Notes under the pieces: generated by a model
Told to the model about the DNA's origin: nothing
Databases searched by the model: none
Seen by the model: the letters and a program-made list of their open reading frames with translations, nothing else
Shown here: in pieces, positions 27,045-35,540 of the stretch
How the letters are laid out: the number at the start of each line of letters is the position of its first letter
Position numbering within the stretch: the stretch's first letter is position 1
Program-made: the position numbers and the translations under genes
Assembly: GCA_043775015.1 (NCBI GenBank)
Contig: JAYVSV010000098.1
Span: 7,501-71,500 of the forward strand
Source of the DNA: Verrucomicrobiota bacterium
GTDB taxonomy: Bacteria; Verrucomicrobiota; Verrucomicrobiia; Limisphaerales; CANJXF01
Direction of reading: 5' to 3'
Length of the DNA stretch: 64,000 bases

Positions 27045-29209
27045 TCAGTTTTATCGAACAACAACCTGCTGGTTCGGGCGTGGATCTCGTCAAGCAGGTC
27101 GAAGAAATTTTTTCATCAAGCGGTATTTTATCGAAGGCTAAAAATTTCGAATTTCGCCCGGAACAACAGCAGATGGCCGTTGCCGTCGCGAAGGCGCTGG
27201 AGACGAAAGAACATCTCGTCGTCGAGGCGGGAACCGGCGTCGGCAAGAGTCTCGCTTATTTAATCCCGGCAATTTTGTTCGCCGTCGCCAACAGCAAAAA
27301 GGCGGTTGTCTCCACGCACACCATCAATCTTCAGGAGCAGTTGGTGGAGAAAGATTTGCCAATGCTCGAAGCGGTTCTCGCGCAACTGCCAACGCCGGTG
27401 AAGTTCAGCTTCACGATGTTGAAAGGGCGGCAAAATTATTTATGCACGCGACGTTTGCACAAAGCGATGCAGCAGGCGGACAGTTTGTTCACGTCGCCCG
27501 AAATTCAGGAGCTGCAACGCATTTACGAATGGGCGAAGCGCACCCAAAACGGAAGCTTGTCTGATTTCGAAATTGAGCCGGATCAAAAAGTCTGGTCGCA
27601 GGTTTGTTCTGAACGCGGTCTTTGCACGCCGAAACTTTGTGGGCACCAATCCGACTTTGCGAAAAGTGCGAACAACAATGCCTGCTTTTTCCAGCGCACC
27701 CGCAGTCGGATTCTTTCTTCCGACGTGCTCGTGCTGAATCACACGTTGTTCTTTATGAACCTCGGCGGCGTGGATGAAGAAGTCGAAGGTGGCGTGCTTT
27801 TCAAAAATGATTTTGTGATCTTCGACGAGGCGCATCAGGTGGAAAATGTCGCTTCGCGGCACATCGGCCTCAGCGTTTCGAGCGGACAAATGCGTTATGC
27901 GTTGCAACGGCTCTGGAATCCCCGCACGGAAAAAGGTTTGCTCGCCACCTTGCGAAGAGGTTCTGCCGTGAAACTCGTCGCGGATTTAATCGGCGAAATT
28001 GATCAGTTTTTTCACGCGGTGGAAGCGGCTTGCGAAAATCTCGTGGCGGCGCAAAAGAAAATTCAAAGCTCGACTGAATCCCGCTCCAGCAAGGAACGCA
28101 GTTGGACGGAGTTGCGCATTCGCCAGCACGATCTGGTGGAAGACAACCTGACGTTGCCGATCCAGCGTTTGCGCGAGGCGATCAGCGAGTTGATCAAGAT
28201 CAGTGAGGACAAGGACACGGGTCAGGAACTGATGGAATGCAATCGTCGCCTGGCGGAGTTGAGAAACGAGGTTGCGACTTTCCTCAGCCAGACGGAAGAG
28301 GAATATGTTTATTGGGTGGAGCGGTCGGGGAAAACGCAAAAAAATCTCGCGCTCAATGCCGCGCCGGTGAACGTCGCCGAGTTTTTGCGCCAGCGTCTTT
28401 TTGGTTCGGACACGTCGATCATCATGACGAGCGCGACGTTGGCGGTGGCGAATGAAGTTCAAGGTTCAAAGGTAAAGGTTCAAAGTACTTCCGGCTCCGA
28501 GCCAACACGGAAATCGCAAATCGTAAATCGCAAATCGGGTTTGAATTATTTCGCCAGGCAAGTTGGCGCGGAAAAATCCGCTCTGCTGCAAGTCGGCTCG
28601 CCGTTTGATTACGAGCAGCAGATGAAATTATTTGTCGCGGGCAAAATGCCTGATCCGCGCGAACCCGGTTACGAAGACGCGTTGGTCCATTGGATCGAAC
28701 ATTTCCTGCGCATGACTCATGGCAAAGCGTTTGTGCTCTTCACGAATTTCAAATTGATGCAGCAAATCGCGCTGCGCATGGAGCCGCTTTTTACGGAATT
28801 AAATTTGGAATGTTTTGTCCAGGGGACCGGCACGCCGCGCTCGCTCATGCTGGAAAAATTTAAGGCGGATGTCGATTCAGTCTTATTCGGCACGGATAGT
28901 TTTTGGCAGGGCGTCGATGTTCCGGGCGAGGCCCTTTCCAATGTCATAATCACGCGGCTCCCGTTCGCGGTTCCTGATCACCCGCTGATCGAGGCCAGGA
29001 TTGAAAATATCGAAGCGCACGGCGGAAATTCGTTCATGGATTTCTCATTGCCGGAAGCGATTCTAAAATTTCGACAGGGGGTTGGCCGATTGATCCGCAC
29101 GAAGAGTGACCAGGGAATTGTCGTCGTCCTCGACAATCGCGTGCTCACAAAAAAATATGGGCAAGCGTTTCTCGATGCCTTGCCGAAATGTCCGTTGGAA
29201 ATCGTTTAG
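27041..29209 (+). CDS. dinG: ATP-dependent DNA helicase DinG (XPD/Rad3 family)
   Basis: Walker A EAGTGVGKSLAYLIPA, DEAH box FDEAHQVEN, and C-terminal QG.GRLIR. Its start overlaps the upstream stop by 4 nt. Confidence 0.9.
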   Translation: MISFIEQQPAGSGVDLVKQVEEIFSSSGILSKAKNFEFRPEQQQMAVAVAKALETKEHLVVEAGTGVGKSLAYLIPAILFAVANSKKAVVSTHTINLQEQLVEKDLPMLEAVLAQLPTPVKFSFTMLKGRQNYLCTRRLHKAMQQADSLFTSPEIQELQRIYEWAKRTQNGSLSDFEIEPDQKVWSQVCSERGLCTPKLCGHQSDFAKSANNNACFFQRTRSRILSSDVLVLNHTLFFMNLGGVDEEVEGGVLFKNDFVIFDEAHQVENVASRHIGLSVSSGQMRYALQRLWNPRTEKGLLATLRRGSAVKLVADLIGEIDQFFHAVEAACENLVAAQKKIQSSTESRSSKERSWTELRIRQHDLVEDNLTLPIQRLREAISELIKISEDKDTGQELMECNRRLAELRNEVATFLSQTEEEYVYWVERSGKTQKNLALNAAPVNVAEFLRQRLFGSDTSIIMTSATLAVANEVQGSKVKVQSTSGSEPTRKSQIVNRKSGLNYFARQVGAEKSALLQVGSPFDYEQQMKLFVAGKMPDPREPGYEDALVHWIEHFLRMTHGKAFVLFTNFKLMQQIALRMEPLFTELNLECFVQGTGTPRSLMLEKFKADVDSVLFGTDSFWQGVDVPGEALSNVIITRLPFAVPDHPLIEARIENIEAHGGNSFMDFSLPEAILKFRQGVGRLIRTKSDQGIVVVLDNRVLTKKYGQAFLDALPKCPLEIV

Positions 29210-29301
29210 CTGAGTGGGGCAAGGCAGGGCGAACTCGCATTTCCTCAGCGGCCTGCCACCCGACGGTCGAATAGGTTGAGAACCCACTTGTTTAATTCCC
29301 T

Positions 29302-29727
29302 GTGTTGCTTAACCCTTGGGGCATGGGTGAAATCGTCAAATTTGTTCATAACGGTGCCGGCAAAATTTCTCCAAAAATTTTGCGCGGCGTTCATAAAATA
29401 TTGCCGCTGCTGAAATTGGAGTTTACCGAGTTGCAAGACCCTAAATACCCTCATCTCCCCGTGCAGTTGGGATTTCTGGCCGACGTGGTAGAAGATTTTG
29501 TTGAAGGGCTGGCCGATGATTTGCCCTACGTCACCGCTGCGAATGCCGCCTTTGCGCTCGTTTACGCCCATCGCGAATTTGATTTGATCCCCGCTTCCGT
29601 TCCTGAGTTCGGCCATGCGGATGATTCCTCCGTTGCCCGCGCCGTGCTGATTGAACATGAGAGAGTCCTCGCTGATTACGCCGAGAAACACGGTAAGAAG
29701 TGGAGCGCCATCACGACTGATCCCTGA
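29302..29727 (+). CDS. DUF1232 (YkvA)-like hypothetical protein
   Basis: DLIPASVPEFGHADDSSVARAVL resembles the DUF1232 core. It competes with a 266-aa antisense ORF that looks compositionally like a shadow. The start may be the MGEIV at 29323. Confidence 0.45.
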   Translation: MLLNPWGMGEIVKFVHNGAGKISPKILRGVHKILPLLKLEFTELQDPKYPHLPVQLGFLADVVEDFVEGLADDLPYVTAANAAFALVYAHREFDLIPASVPEFGHADDSSVARAVLIEHERVLADYAEKHGKKWSAITTDP

Positions 29728-29856
29728 TCGCAATTCGCCGCCGCGAACTTTTCCAAATTTCACGGTCAATCTTGACCCAAAAGGCGCGCCCGGTTGATGC
29801 GAAGAGGCAGCCAAAATGAAATTTGTATTTGCCAGGCTCTTTCCTAAGTTGGAGAT

Positions 29857-30714
29857 GTGGTGAAGCCGCTTCGCAAACAGATGAACAATCAACTGCGCAA
29901 AATCCGTCACGTCGCCCTCGACCTGGATGGAACCGTTTACAAAGGCGGAACGCTGTTTGATTTCACCAAACCATTTTTGTCCCTGCTGAAGGAGCTTGGG
30001 ATCGGTTACACGTTTCTCACGAACAATCCATCCAGGAGCGTCCAAGATTACTTAACGCATTTGCACAAACTAGGGATTGAGGCGGACGAAACGCGGCTTT
30101 ACACCTCTACGCAATGCACCATCGAATTTCTCCAGAATAAATATCCGGCGGCAAAACGCATTTTTGCCCTCGGCACACCGAGCATGTGCGGGCAATTTGT
30201 CGAAGCCGGATTTCTTCTAACCGAAGACAGTCACCTCGACGAACCCGATGCCGTTATCGTCGCATTCGACATGACTCTCAGTTATTCGAAGCTTTGTCGC
30301 GCGGCGTATTGGATTAAAAAAGGCAAACTCTTTATCGCCACAAATCCCGACCGTGTTTGCCCAACGGATCAACCGACGATTTTGGTGGACTGCGGTTCCA
30401 TCTGCGCTTGCCTGGAAGCGGCCACGGGTCGTGCGCCCACAGCGGTTTTAGGCAAGCCTGACCCGGAAATGCTTCGCGACATTCTCGCGCGCCATTCCCT
30501 GCAACCCAACGAACTGGCAATGGTGGGCGACCGCACCTACACCGACGTGGCGATGGGTCATCGCGCTGGAGCGCTGAGCGTGCTTGTTTTAAGTGGCGAA
30601 GCAACCGCTGAAGAAGCCGTAAAATATTTTCCCGCGCCGGATTTGGTATTGCCGAGCTTGAAAGAATTCGGAATTAAATTACGCGAGGCAAAAGCTGAAT
30701 TGACAACCGCGTGA
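29857..30714 (+). CDS. HAD-IIA family sugar-phosphate/glycerol-phosphate phosphatase (NagD/PGP-like)
   Basis: VALDLDGTVY (DxDGT), TNNPS, and MVGDRTYTDV. Confidence 0.85.
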   Translation: MVKPLRKQMNNQLRKIRHVALDLDGTVYKGGTLFDFTKPFLSLLKELGIGYTFLTNNPSRSVQDYLTHLHKLGIEADETRLYTSTQCTIEFLQNKYPAAKRIFALGTPSMCGQFVEAGFLLTEDSHLDEPDAVIVAFDMTLSYSKLCRAAYWIKKGKLFIATNPDRVCPTDQPTILVDCGSICACLEAATGRAPTAVLGKPDPEMLRDILARHSLQPNELAMVGDRTYTDVAMGHRAGALSVLVLSGEATAEEAVKYFPAPDLVLPSLKEFGIKLREAKAELTTA

Positions 30715-32051
30715 TCCGACAAAAATCCAATTCGCGTTCTGGCCTCCGCCACTGGTTTCGTCCCGCTCCGCCCCGGCCCCGTTTGCCTGATTCCGAAATT
30801 AACCGACTCTATCCGCGATATCGCTGGCAGGTTTTTGAGGCCGCGTTTCTCGCCTACGCCATGTTTTATTTGGTGCGAAATAATCTTTCGCCGGTGCAAA
30901 AAGAAATGGGCGAGGCGCTGGTTTACACAAAATCGATGATCGGCGACATCCTTGCCGGAACCGCGATCGCGTATGGCATTGGTAAATTTGTCATGGGCTG
31001 TTTCGCTGACCGCAGCGATGCGCGTAAATACATCGCCACAGGATTATTGCTCAGTGCGGGCATCAATTTTCTTTTCGGCGCGACCTCAAATTATTGGGGG
31101 CATTTAATTCTCTGGACGATCAACGGCTTCGTGCAAGGCATGGGCTACGGCCCGTGTTCGCGCGGATTGTCGCACTGGTATAGTGCGAAGGAACGCGGAA
31201 CCGTCTTCGGCGTTTGGAATATTTCCCACAACGTTGGCGGCGGAATCGCGGGCTATCTCGCGGCGAAATGCGCGGAACATTGGGGCTGGCAATCGGCATT
31301 TTATGTTCCTGGAATTATCGCAACACTGGGCGCGATTTATCTTTTCTGGCGAATGCGCGACACGCCGCAATCGGTCGGTTTGCCCGCCGTGGAAGAATAT
31401 AAAAACGATTGGCCGCCCGACGAAAAAGAAGAACACGAAAGGGAACTTTCCGCGCGCGAACTTCTGCTGAAATACATTTTGCCAAACAAAATGCTTTGGC
31501 TACTCGCGCTGGCGAACGTCTTCGTTTACATCGCGCGCTACGCCATGGTCGATTGGGGGCCGACCTATCTTAAAGAAGTGAAAGGCGCGTCGCTCGGCGA
31601 AGGCGGATTCAGCACGACCATCATCGAGTTTGCGGGTGGCGCGGGCATGCTCACGATGGGCTGGCTTTCGGACAAACTGGGCGGACGCCGCGCGCGGGTC
31701 AGTGTGATCGCGATGATTCCGTTGCTGATGGCGTTTTACAGCATCATCATTGTTCCCGCCGAGAAACTTTGGATCGACATGGTTCTGTTCGGCATCATCG
31801 GATTTTGCGTTTACGTGCCGGTGATGTTTTCCGGCGTGATGTCGCTCGATTTAACTTCAAAAAAAGCGGTTGGCACGGCGGCGGGATTCGTCGGACTGTT
31901 CGGTTACATCGGCCGAACGATTGAGGGCAAAGGAATCGGCTGGCTCGTGGAGCATCACGGTTGGAACGTTGCGCTCTGGAGCATTCTCGGTTGCACGTTT
32001 ATGGGGATTATCCTGCTGGCATTTCTCTGGAATGTGAAACCGCGCGGTTAG
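30711..32051 (+). CDS. glpT: Organophosphate:Pi antiporter (MFS), GlpT-like glycerol-3-phosphate transporter
   Basis: FRPAPPRPRLPDSEINRLYPRYRWQVFEAAFLAYAMFYLVRNN aligns by eye to the E. coli GlpT N-terminus. Twelve TM helices. The GTG start overlaps the HAD stop (GTGA). Confidence 0.8.
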   Translation: MIRQKSNSRSGLRHWFRPAPPRPRLPDSEINRLYPRYRWQVFEAAFLAYAMFYLVRNNLSPVQKEMGEALVYTKSMIGDILAGTAIAYGIGKFVMGCFADRSDARKYIATGLLLSAGINFLFGATSNYWGHLILWTINGFVQGMGYGPCSRGLSHWYSAKERGTVFGVWNISHNVGGGIAGYLAAKCAEHWGWQSAFYVPGIIATLGAIYLFWRMRDTPQSVGLPAVEEYKNDWPPDEKEEHERELSARELLLKYILPNKMLWLLALANVFVYIARYAMVDWGPTYLKEVKGASLGEGGFSTTIIEFAGGAGMLTMGWLSDKLGGRRARVSVIAMIPLLMAFYSIIIVPAEKLWIDMVLFGIIGFCVYVPVMFSGVMSLDLTSKKAVGTAAGFVGLFGYIGRTIEGKGIGWLVEHHGWNVALWSILGCTFMGIILLAFLWNVKPRG

Positions 32052-32228
32052 TGATCTGTTTGAATTTTCGTCCGACGTCGTCAGGCAACTCAAGAAATAT
32101 CAGGACAAGGCGCATTTGTTTGGCGTCGTAGTGCAGTTCCTCTTTGAGTCCGGGAAAGGCGATGCCGAGATTATTGCGGCAAAAATAAAGCGAGTACTTA
32201 GTCAGCCAGAGGACCCAGAGAACAGTGC

Positions 32229-32292
32229 GTTGCTGCGAGGAAAAGCGCGTCTCGTAGTTGGCTGGCAAATGCAGCACGGGCGTCAACTCTGG
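32229..32292. repeat. Direct repeat copy A flanking the TA cassette
   Basis: gttgctgcgaggaaaagcgcgtctcgtagttggctggcaaatgca ... gggcgtcaactctgg. Confidence 0.8.
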
Positions 32293-32295
32293 CAT

Positions 32296-32354
32296 GGGTA
32301 GGGCCGCGTTGCTGCGCTGCTAATACTACGGCAAAGCAGCAGCTTTGCCCTACC
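32296..32354. repeat. Hairpin element ending in the inverted GGTAGGGCAAAGCTGC motif
   Basis: gggtagggc...gcagcagctttgccctacc. Its 3' part is the reverse complement of 4332-4347. It overlaps the toxin stop codon. Confidence 0.6.
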
Positions 32355-32643
32355 GAACTCTCTGCTTCCAATAACCCGGCTCTCGGCTGCAATGCATAAT
32401 CGTCACGATGAGAATGTAATCAGCTTCGATGGTGTATAAAATGCCGTAAGGAAAAACGTGCGTCAGGCTACGGCGAACATCGTCATCCAGAATGCGCCAG
32501 CGGGTTGGGGCCTCCTTCACAAGTTCGATTGCTTCTTCCACTGCGCCAATGAAACGACGCTCCAATCCCGGTTCGCGCTCTGCGTAAAAAAGTGCGGCTT
32601 CGTGATACTCGGCCAACGCTTCCGCATGGAACTCAAACCTCAT
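32350..32643 (-). CDS. Type II toxin, RelE/ParE family
   Basis: 97 aa; ..FPYGILYTIEADYILIVTIMHCSREPGYW. It overlaps the antitoxin stop by 4 nt. Confidence 0.85.
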   Translation of the reverse strand: MRFEFHAEALAEYHEAALFYAEREPGLERRFIGAVEEAIELVKEAPTRWRILDDDVRRSLTHVFPYGILYTIEADYILIVTIMHCSREPGYWKQRVR

Positions 32644-32876
32644 TCCATTCCAACCGCGCGGCGAACCTGAGCTAATGCCTCGTCACCGGGAATCGTTTTG
32701 ACCCGACCGGAACGCACTTCGTCTCGACGCCGTTTCGCCTCTGAAATCCAAAGGCGGTCAATTCGGTTGAGTTCCGAAGCATCAAGGCTTTCCACAATCC
32801 GATCAGCCAACAGCGCGCGCGCTTCCGATGAAAGGGTCAGCGCTTCCTCGGCGAGTTGCTCAATAGTCATTGCCAT
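32640..32876 (-). CDS. Putative addiction-module antitoxin (TIGR02574-like)
   Basis: 78 aa; LSSEARALLADRIVESLD...WISEAKRRRDEVRSG is typical of this antitoxin class. Confidence 0.8.
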   Translation of the reverse strand: MAMTIEQLAEEALTLSSEARALLADRIVESLDASELNRIDRLWISEAKRRRDEVRSGRVKTIPGDEALAQVRRAVGME

Positions 32877-32922
32877 GACAAAAGGATAAGCGAAGCCGTG
32901 GTGAGGCTCAAGAGTTAGAAAT

Positions 32923-33005
32923 GTTGCGAGGAAAAGCGCGTCTCGTTGTTGGCTGGCAAATGCAAGGCGATAGGCAACTCAAAGGCAGGGCGGGCGTCAA
33001 CTCTG
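32923..33005. repeat. Direct repeat copy B flanking the TA cassette
   Basis: gttgcgaggaaaagcgcgtctcgttgttggctggcaaatgca (32923-32964) ... gggcgtcaactctg (32992-33005). Confidence 0.8.
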
Positions 33006-33059
33006 ACTGGCAGAAAGCCCTCCTTGACGCCGGCTTCTTTGCCATCCACAAATAAACTT

Positions 33060-33761
33060 ATGGGAATGGACGGTGTAGAAATTGTGATGGCAGTCGAAGA
33101 CGCTTTCGATATTCGCATCGAAAATTCGGAAGCGGAAAAACTTCTCACGCCGTTTCAATTGATTGAATTGGTGCAGGCAAAAGTGGCGAATGTGGAAACC
33201 GAGATTTGTCTCAGTCACCGCGCCTTCAATCTCGTTCGCCGCTACATCCTTCAAAGGTTCAATCTTCCAAGGAGCGAAATTACTCCTTCGACCCCGCTTG
33301 GAACCATAGTTCCAAAAAAGGAACGAAAACTTTTCCTGCGTGACCTCAGCGCCGAGTTGACGACTTTCAAGCCCCCAGTGCTCGCAGTGCCGCGGTGGCT
33401 TTCGAGAACACTTCCCGTATTCATCATCGGCGGAGGATTCGCCAGCGCTTGGACGATGACAACACGCGTGGGTTTTCAAAGCGCAGCCGGTTCCTTCGTT
33501 GGTGGTGCGATCGCTTGTGGTCTGCTGTCGATTTTTGCGATCAAGCTGCTTGCAACCGAGTTCCCCACAGGTCTCTCGACGATCGGCGACTTGGCACTCT
33601 GGGTCAAACGATACAAGCCTGATCTCTCCAGCAAATCGGAAAGGGCGTGGACACGCGAACAAATCGCGGCGCGAGTGCGCGAAATCGTCATCGACATTCT
33701 TGCCTGCGAAAAAACTTACCGCGAAGACGCACGCTTCGTTCAAGATCTCGGTCTCTCCTAA
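33060..33761 (+). CDS. Membrane protein with split/permuted acyl-carrier-protein-like halves
   Basis: The N-terminus MGMDGVEIVMAVEDAFDIRIENSEAEKL matches ACP helices II-III. Two or three TM helices follow. The C-terminus EQIAARVREIVIDIL....DARFVQDLGLS-stop matches ACP helix I through the DSL motif. Start trimmed to the ATG at 33060. Confidence 0.55.
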   Translation: MGMDGVEIVMAVEDAFDIRIENSEAEKLLTPFQLIELVQAKVANVETEICLSHRAFNLVRRYILQRFNLPRSEITPSTPLGTIVPKKERKLFLRDLSAELTTFKPPVLAVPRWLSRTLPVFIIGGGFASAWTMTTRVGFQSAAGSFVGGAIACGLLSIFAIKLLATEFPTGLSTIGDLALWVKRYKPDLSSKSERAWTREQIAARVREIVIDILACEKTYREDARFVQDLGLS

Positions 33762-33788
33762 CTTCGCGCCTTCTTGGTTTTCTATGGA

Positions 33789-34041
33789 TTAGTCTTCGCT
33801 GCCGATTGCGAGGCCTTCTGCGCTTAATCCACGGCGCGGCAACGGTGTCTTCGACCCAGCGGCTTTCGTCTTCCACGCGGGACGCTCATCCACCACTTTC
33901 CGGCCTTGGTCTTCGACGCGACGGTGTTGGCCTTCGACCTTGAGCTGATCTTGCGCGGTTACCGGCGCATGTTTGGAACAACCCGCCGATGCGGAAATCA
34001 ATAATGCGATCGCGATGAAGAAAGGATGCCCGATTTTTCAT
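33789..34041 (-). pseudogene. Small lipoprotein gene with an apparent 1-nt frameshift in the signal peptide
   Basis: The ATG at 34041 (MKNR) is out of frame by 1 nt, at the CCC run 34029-34031, with ..HPFFIAIALLISASAGC-SKHAP.. That sequence is a lipobox signal, and its frame runs on to the stop at 33789. Confidence 0.45.
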
Positions 34042-34123
34042 AATGTGTCGCCGTTGGATTTTTAGATGACGGCGGCGAACGCAGGTTGTGTGTTATTTTC
34101 GACCAGCTTTTTCCATTCCGATG

Positions 34124-34226
34124 AAATGTCCCGCGAAGGCGCGAAGATTGCGAAGGGAAAAAAGGCGAGCCGAAACTTCATGCTCCTTTCCCCGCTTCGC
34201 AATCTTCGCGCCTTCGCGGGACATTT
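34124..34226. repeat. Perfect 32-bp inverted repeat (palindromic element / dus terminator)
   Basis: aaatgtcccgcgaaggcgcgaagattgcgaag (34124-34155) and cttcgcaatcttcgcgccttcgcgggacattt (34195-34226), with a 39-nt loop. It lies 7 nt beyond the dus stop. Confidence 0.9.
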
Positions 34227-34232
34227 GAATCT

Positions 34233-35426
34233 TTACCAAACTTCTACTGGCCCTTTTGGAACAGGAATCTGCTCGCGGCGGACGGCGTCGGGTTCCTGCA
34301 TGAAGGAGGCGATCATCGGCGCGAGTTGGAAACGCGGGAGAAGTTCGCCGTCGCTGCCGAGAAATTGCGCGCGCCACTTTTTGTAGTGGGCGAGAATTTC
34401 CCCGAACTCGGCTTTGCTCGTGAGGCGGACGATGCGTTTGTTGAATTCGTTCGCGGGCCCAAATCGTTTGGAATACCACGGAGCGACTTTGCGGAACATG
34501 CGGCAGCCGTGTTCCTCACCAAAAACTTCAATCATCAAATCAAGGTGGCGACACATCACGCGGATGCGTTCGTCGAAACTCGGTTCGGGCGGCAGGTGTA
34601 GCGTCGAGCCTGTGGCTCGATCTTCCTCCGAGCGATCCAATTCGGTCAAATTAGTTTGAGATTCGGCCACAGGCCGAACGCTACAATTCAGATACTCCAA
34701 CGTCCGCTTGAAAATCCACGGGTCATAAAACGCGCCGCGCCCGATGCTCACGCCCGCGCAACCGGTTTGCTCGAACATCATTTTCGCCGCCTGCGGACAG
34801 GTCACGTCGCCGTTGCCGATGACGGGAATGGTTTTCACCGCCTCTACTACTTTACGAATGCCCGCAAGATTTACGGTTCCCGCAAAACCTTGCTCGCGTG
34901 TTCGGCCATGAACAAAAATCGCCGCGACGCCGACATCCTCCAAAGTGCGCGCGAGGTCGGGCGCAGTTAAATTTTCGTCGTCCCACCCGAGGCGCATTTT
35001 CGCGGTCACCGGAATTTTCACGGCGTTGACCATGCCTTTGACGAGTGCGGCGGTTTTGTCCAACTCGGTCATCATCGCGGAACCGCCGCCGACTTTGCAG
35101 ACCTTGCGCACGGGGCAACCCATGTTGATGTCCACGGAAGCAATGCCGATGGACTCGAGGTAAACCGCCGCGTCGCGCATCTCTTCGGGAACGCTGCCGA
35201 ACAATTGCACGGCCAGCGGGCGATCGGCTGGACACGTTTCGATGAGTTTGAAGGCCTTGGGATTTTTTTCGAGGAGCGAACGCGCGTTGACCAGATCGGT
35301 CGTGGCGAGATCGAGTCCACCGACTTCGCGCAAGGTGAGGCGGAATGGCAAATTCGTGTAGCCCGCGAGCGGCGACAGAAAGAGATTTGATTTTAAATTG
35401 AGCGAACCGAGACGCATTGCGCGCAA
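34233..35426 (-). CDS. tRNA-dihydrouridine synthase
   Basis: SPLAGYTNLPFR, VDINMGCP and FVHGRT motifs. About 25 extra residues precede the C-terminal helical domain. Confidence 0.9.
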   Translation of the reverse strand: MRAMRLGSLNLKSNLFLSPLAGYTNLPFRLTLREVGGLDLATTDLVNARSLLEKNPKAFKLIETCPADRPLAVQLFGSVPEEMRDAAVYLESIGIASVDINMGCPVRKVCKVGGGSAMMTELDKTAALVKGMVNAVKIPVTAKMRLGWDDENLTAPDLARTLEDVGVAAIFVHGRTREQGFAGTVNLAGIRKVVEAVKTIPVIGNGDVTCPQAAKMMFEQTGCAGVSIGRGAFYDPWIFKRTLEYLNCSVRPVAESQTNLTELDRSEEDRATGSTLHLPPEPSFDERIRVMCRHLDLMIEVFGEEHGCRMFRKVAPWYSKRFGPANEFNKRIVRLTSKAEFGEILAHYKKWRAQFLGSDGELLPRFQLAPMIASFMQEPDAVRREQIPVPKGPVEVW

Positions 35427-35540
35427 TCTAGCATGGAAAAGGAATCGAACAGAAGATTACAATATTAATTAGTTCTTGGGCCTGATTCTTACACGATGGA
35501 GATTGCAGTTGACGCGCGCTGGCTTTACAAACGGTTCACT

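Noticed and set aside
28511-28537. Tandem aaatcg(c/t) heptamers, considered as a CRISPR-like or regulatory array
   Set aside because: There are only four 7-nt units with no spacers, and they lie inside the DinG reading frame. I report this as an in-frame insertion instead.
29245-30045. 266-aa minus-strand ORF
   Set aside because: It overlaps both the DUF1232-like ORF and the 5' end of the HAD gene on the other strand, and it has no motifs. I preferred the plus-strand ORFs, although the DUF1232-like call itself is only moderate.
32008-33148. Two small minus-strand ORFs (32008-32295 and 32915-33148) sharing LHLPAN(Y/N)ETRFSSQ, considered as a duplicated small gene
   Set aside because: The shared peptide is just the translation of the direct DNA repeat. 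One ORF overlaps the glpT 3' end, and neither has a convincing start or context.
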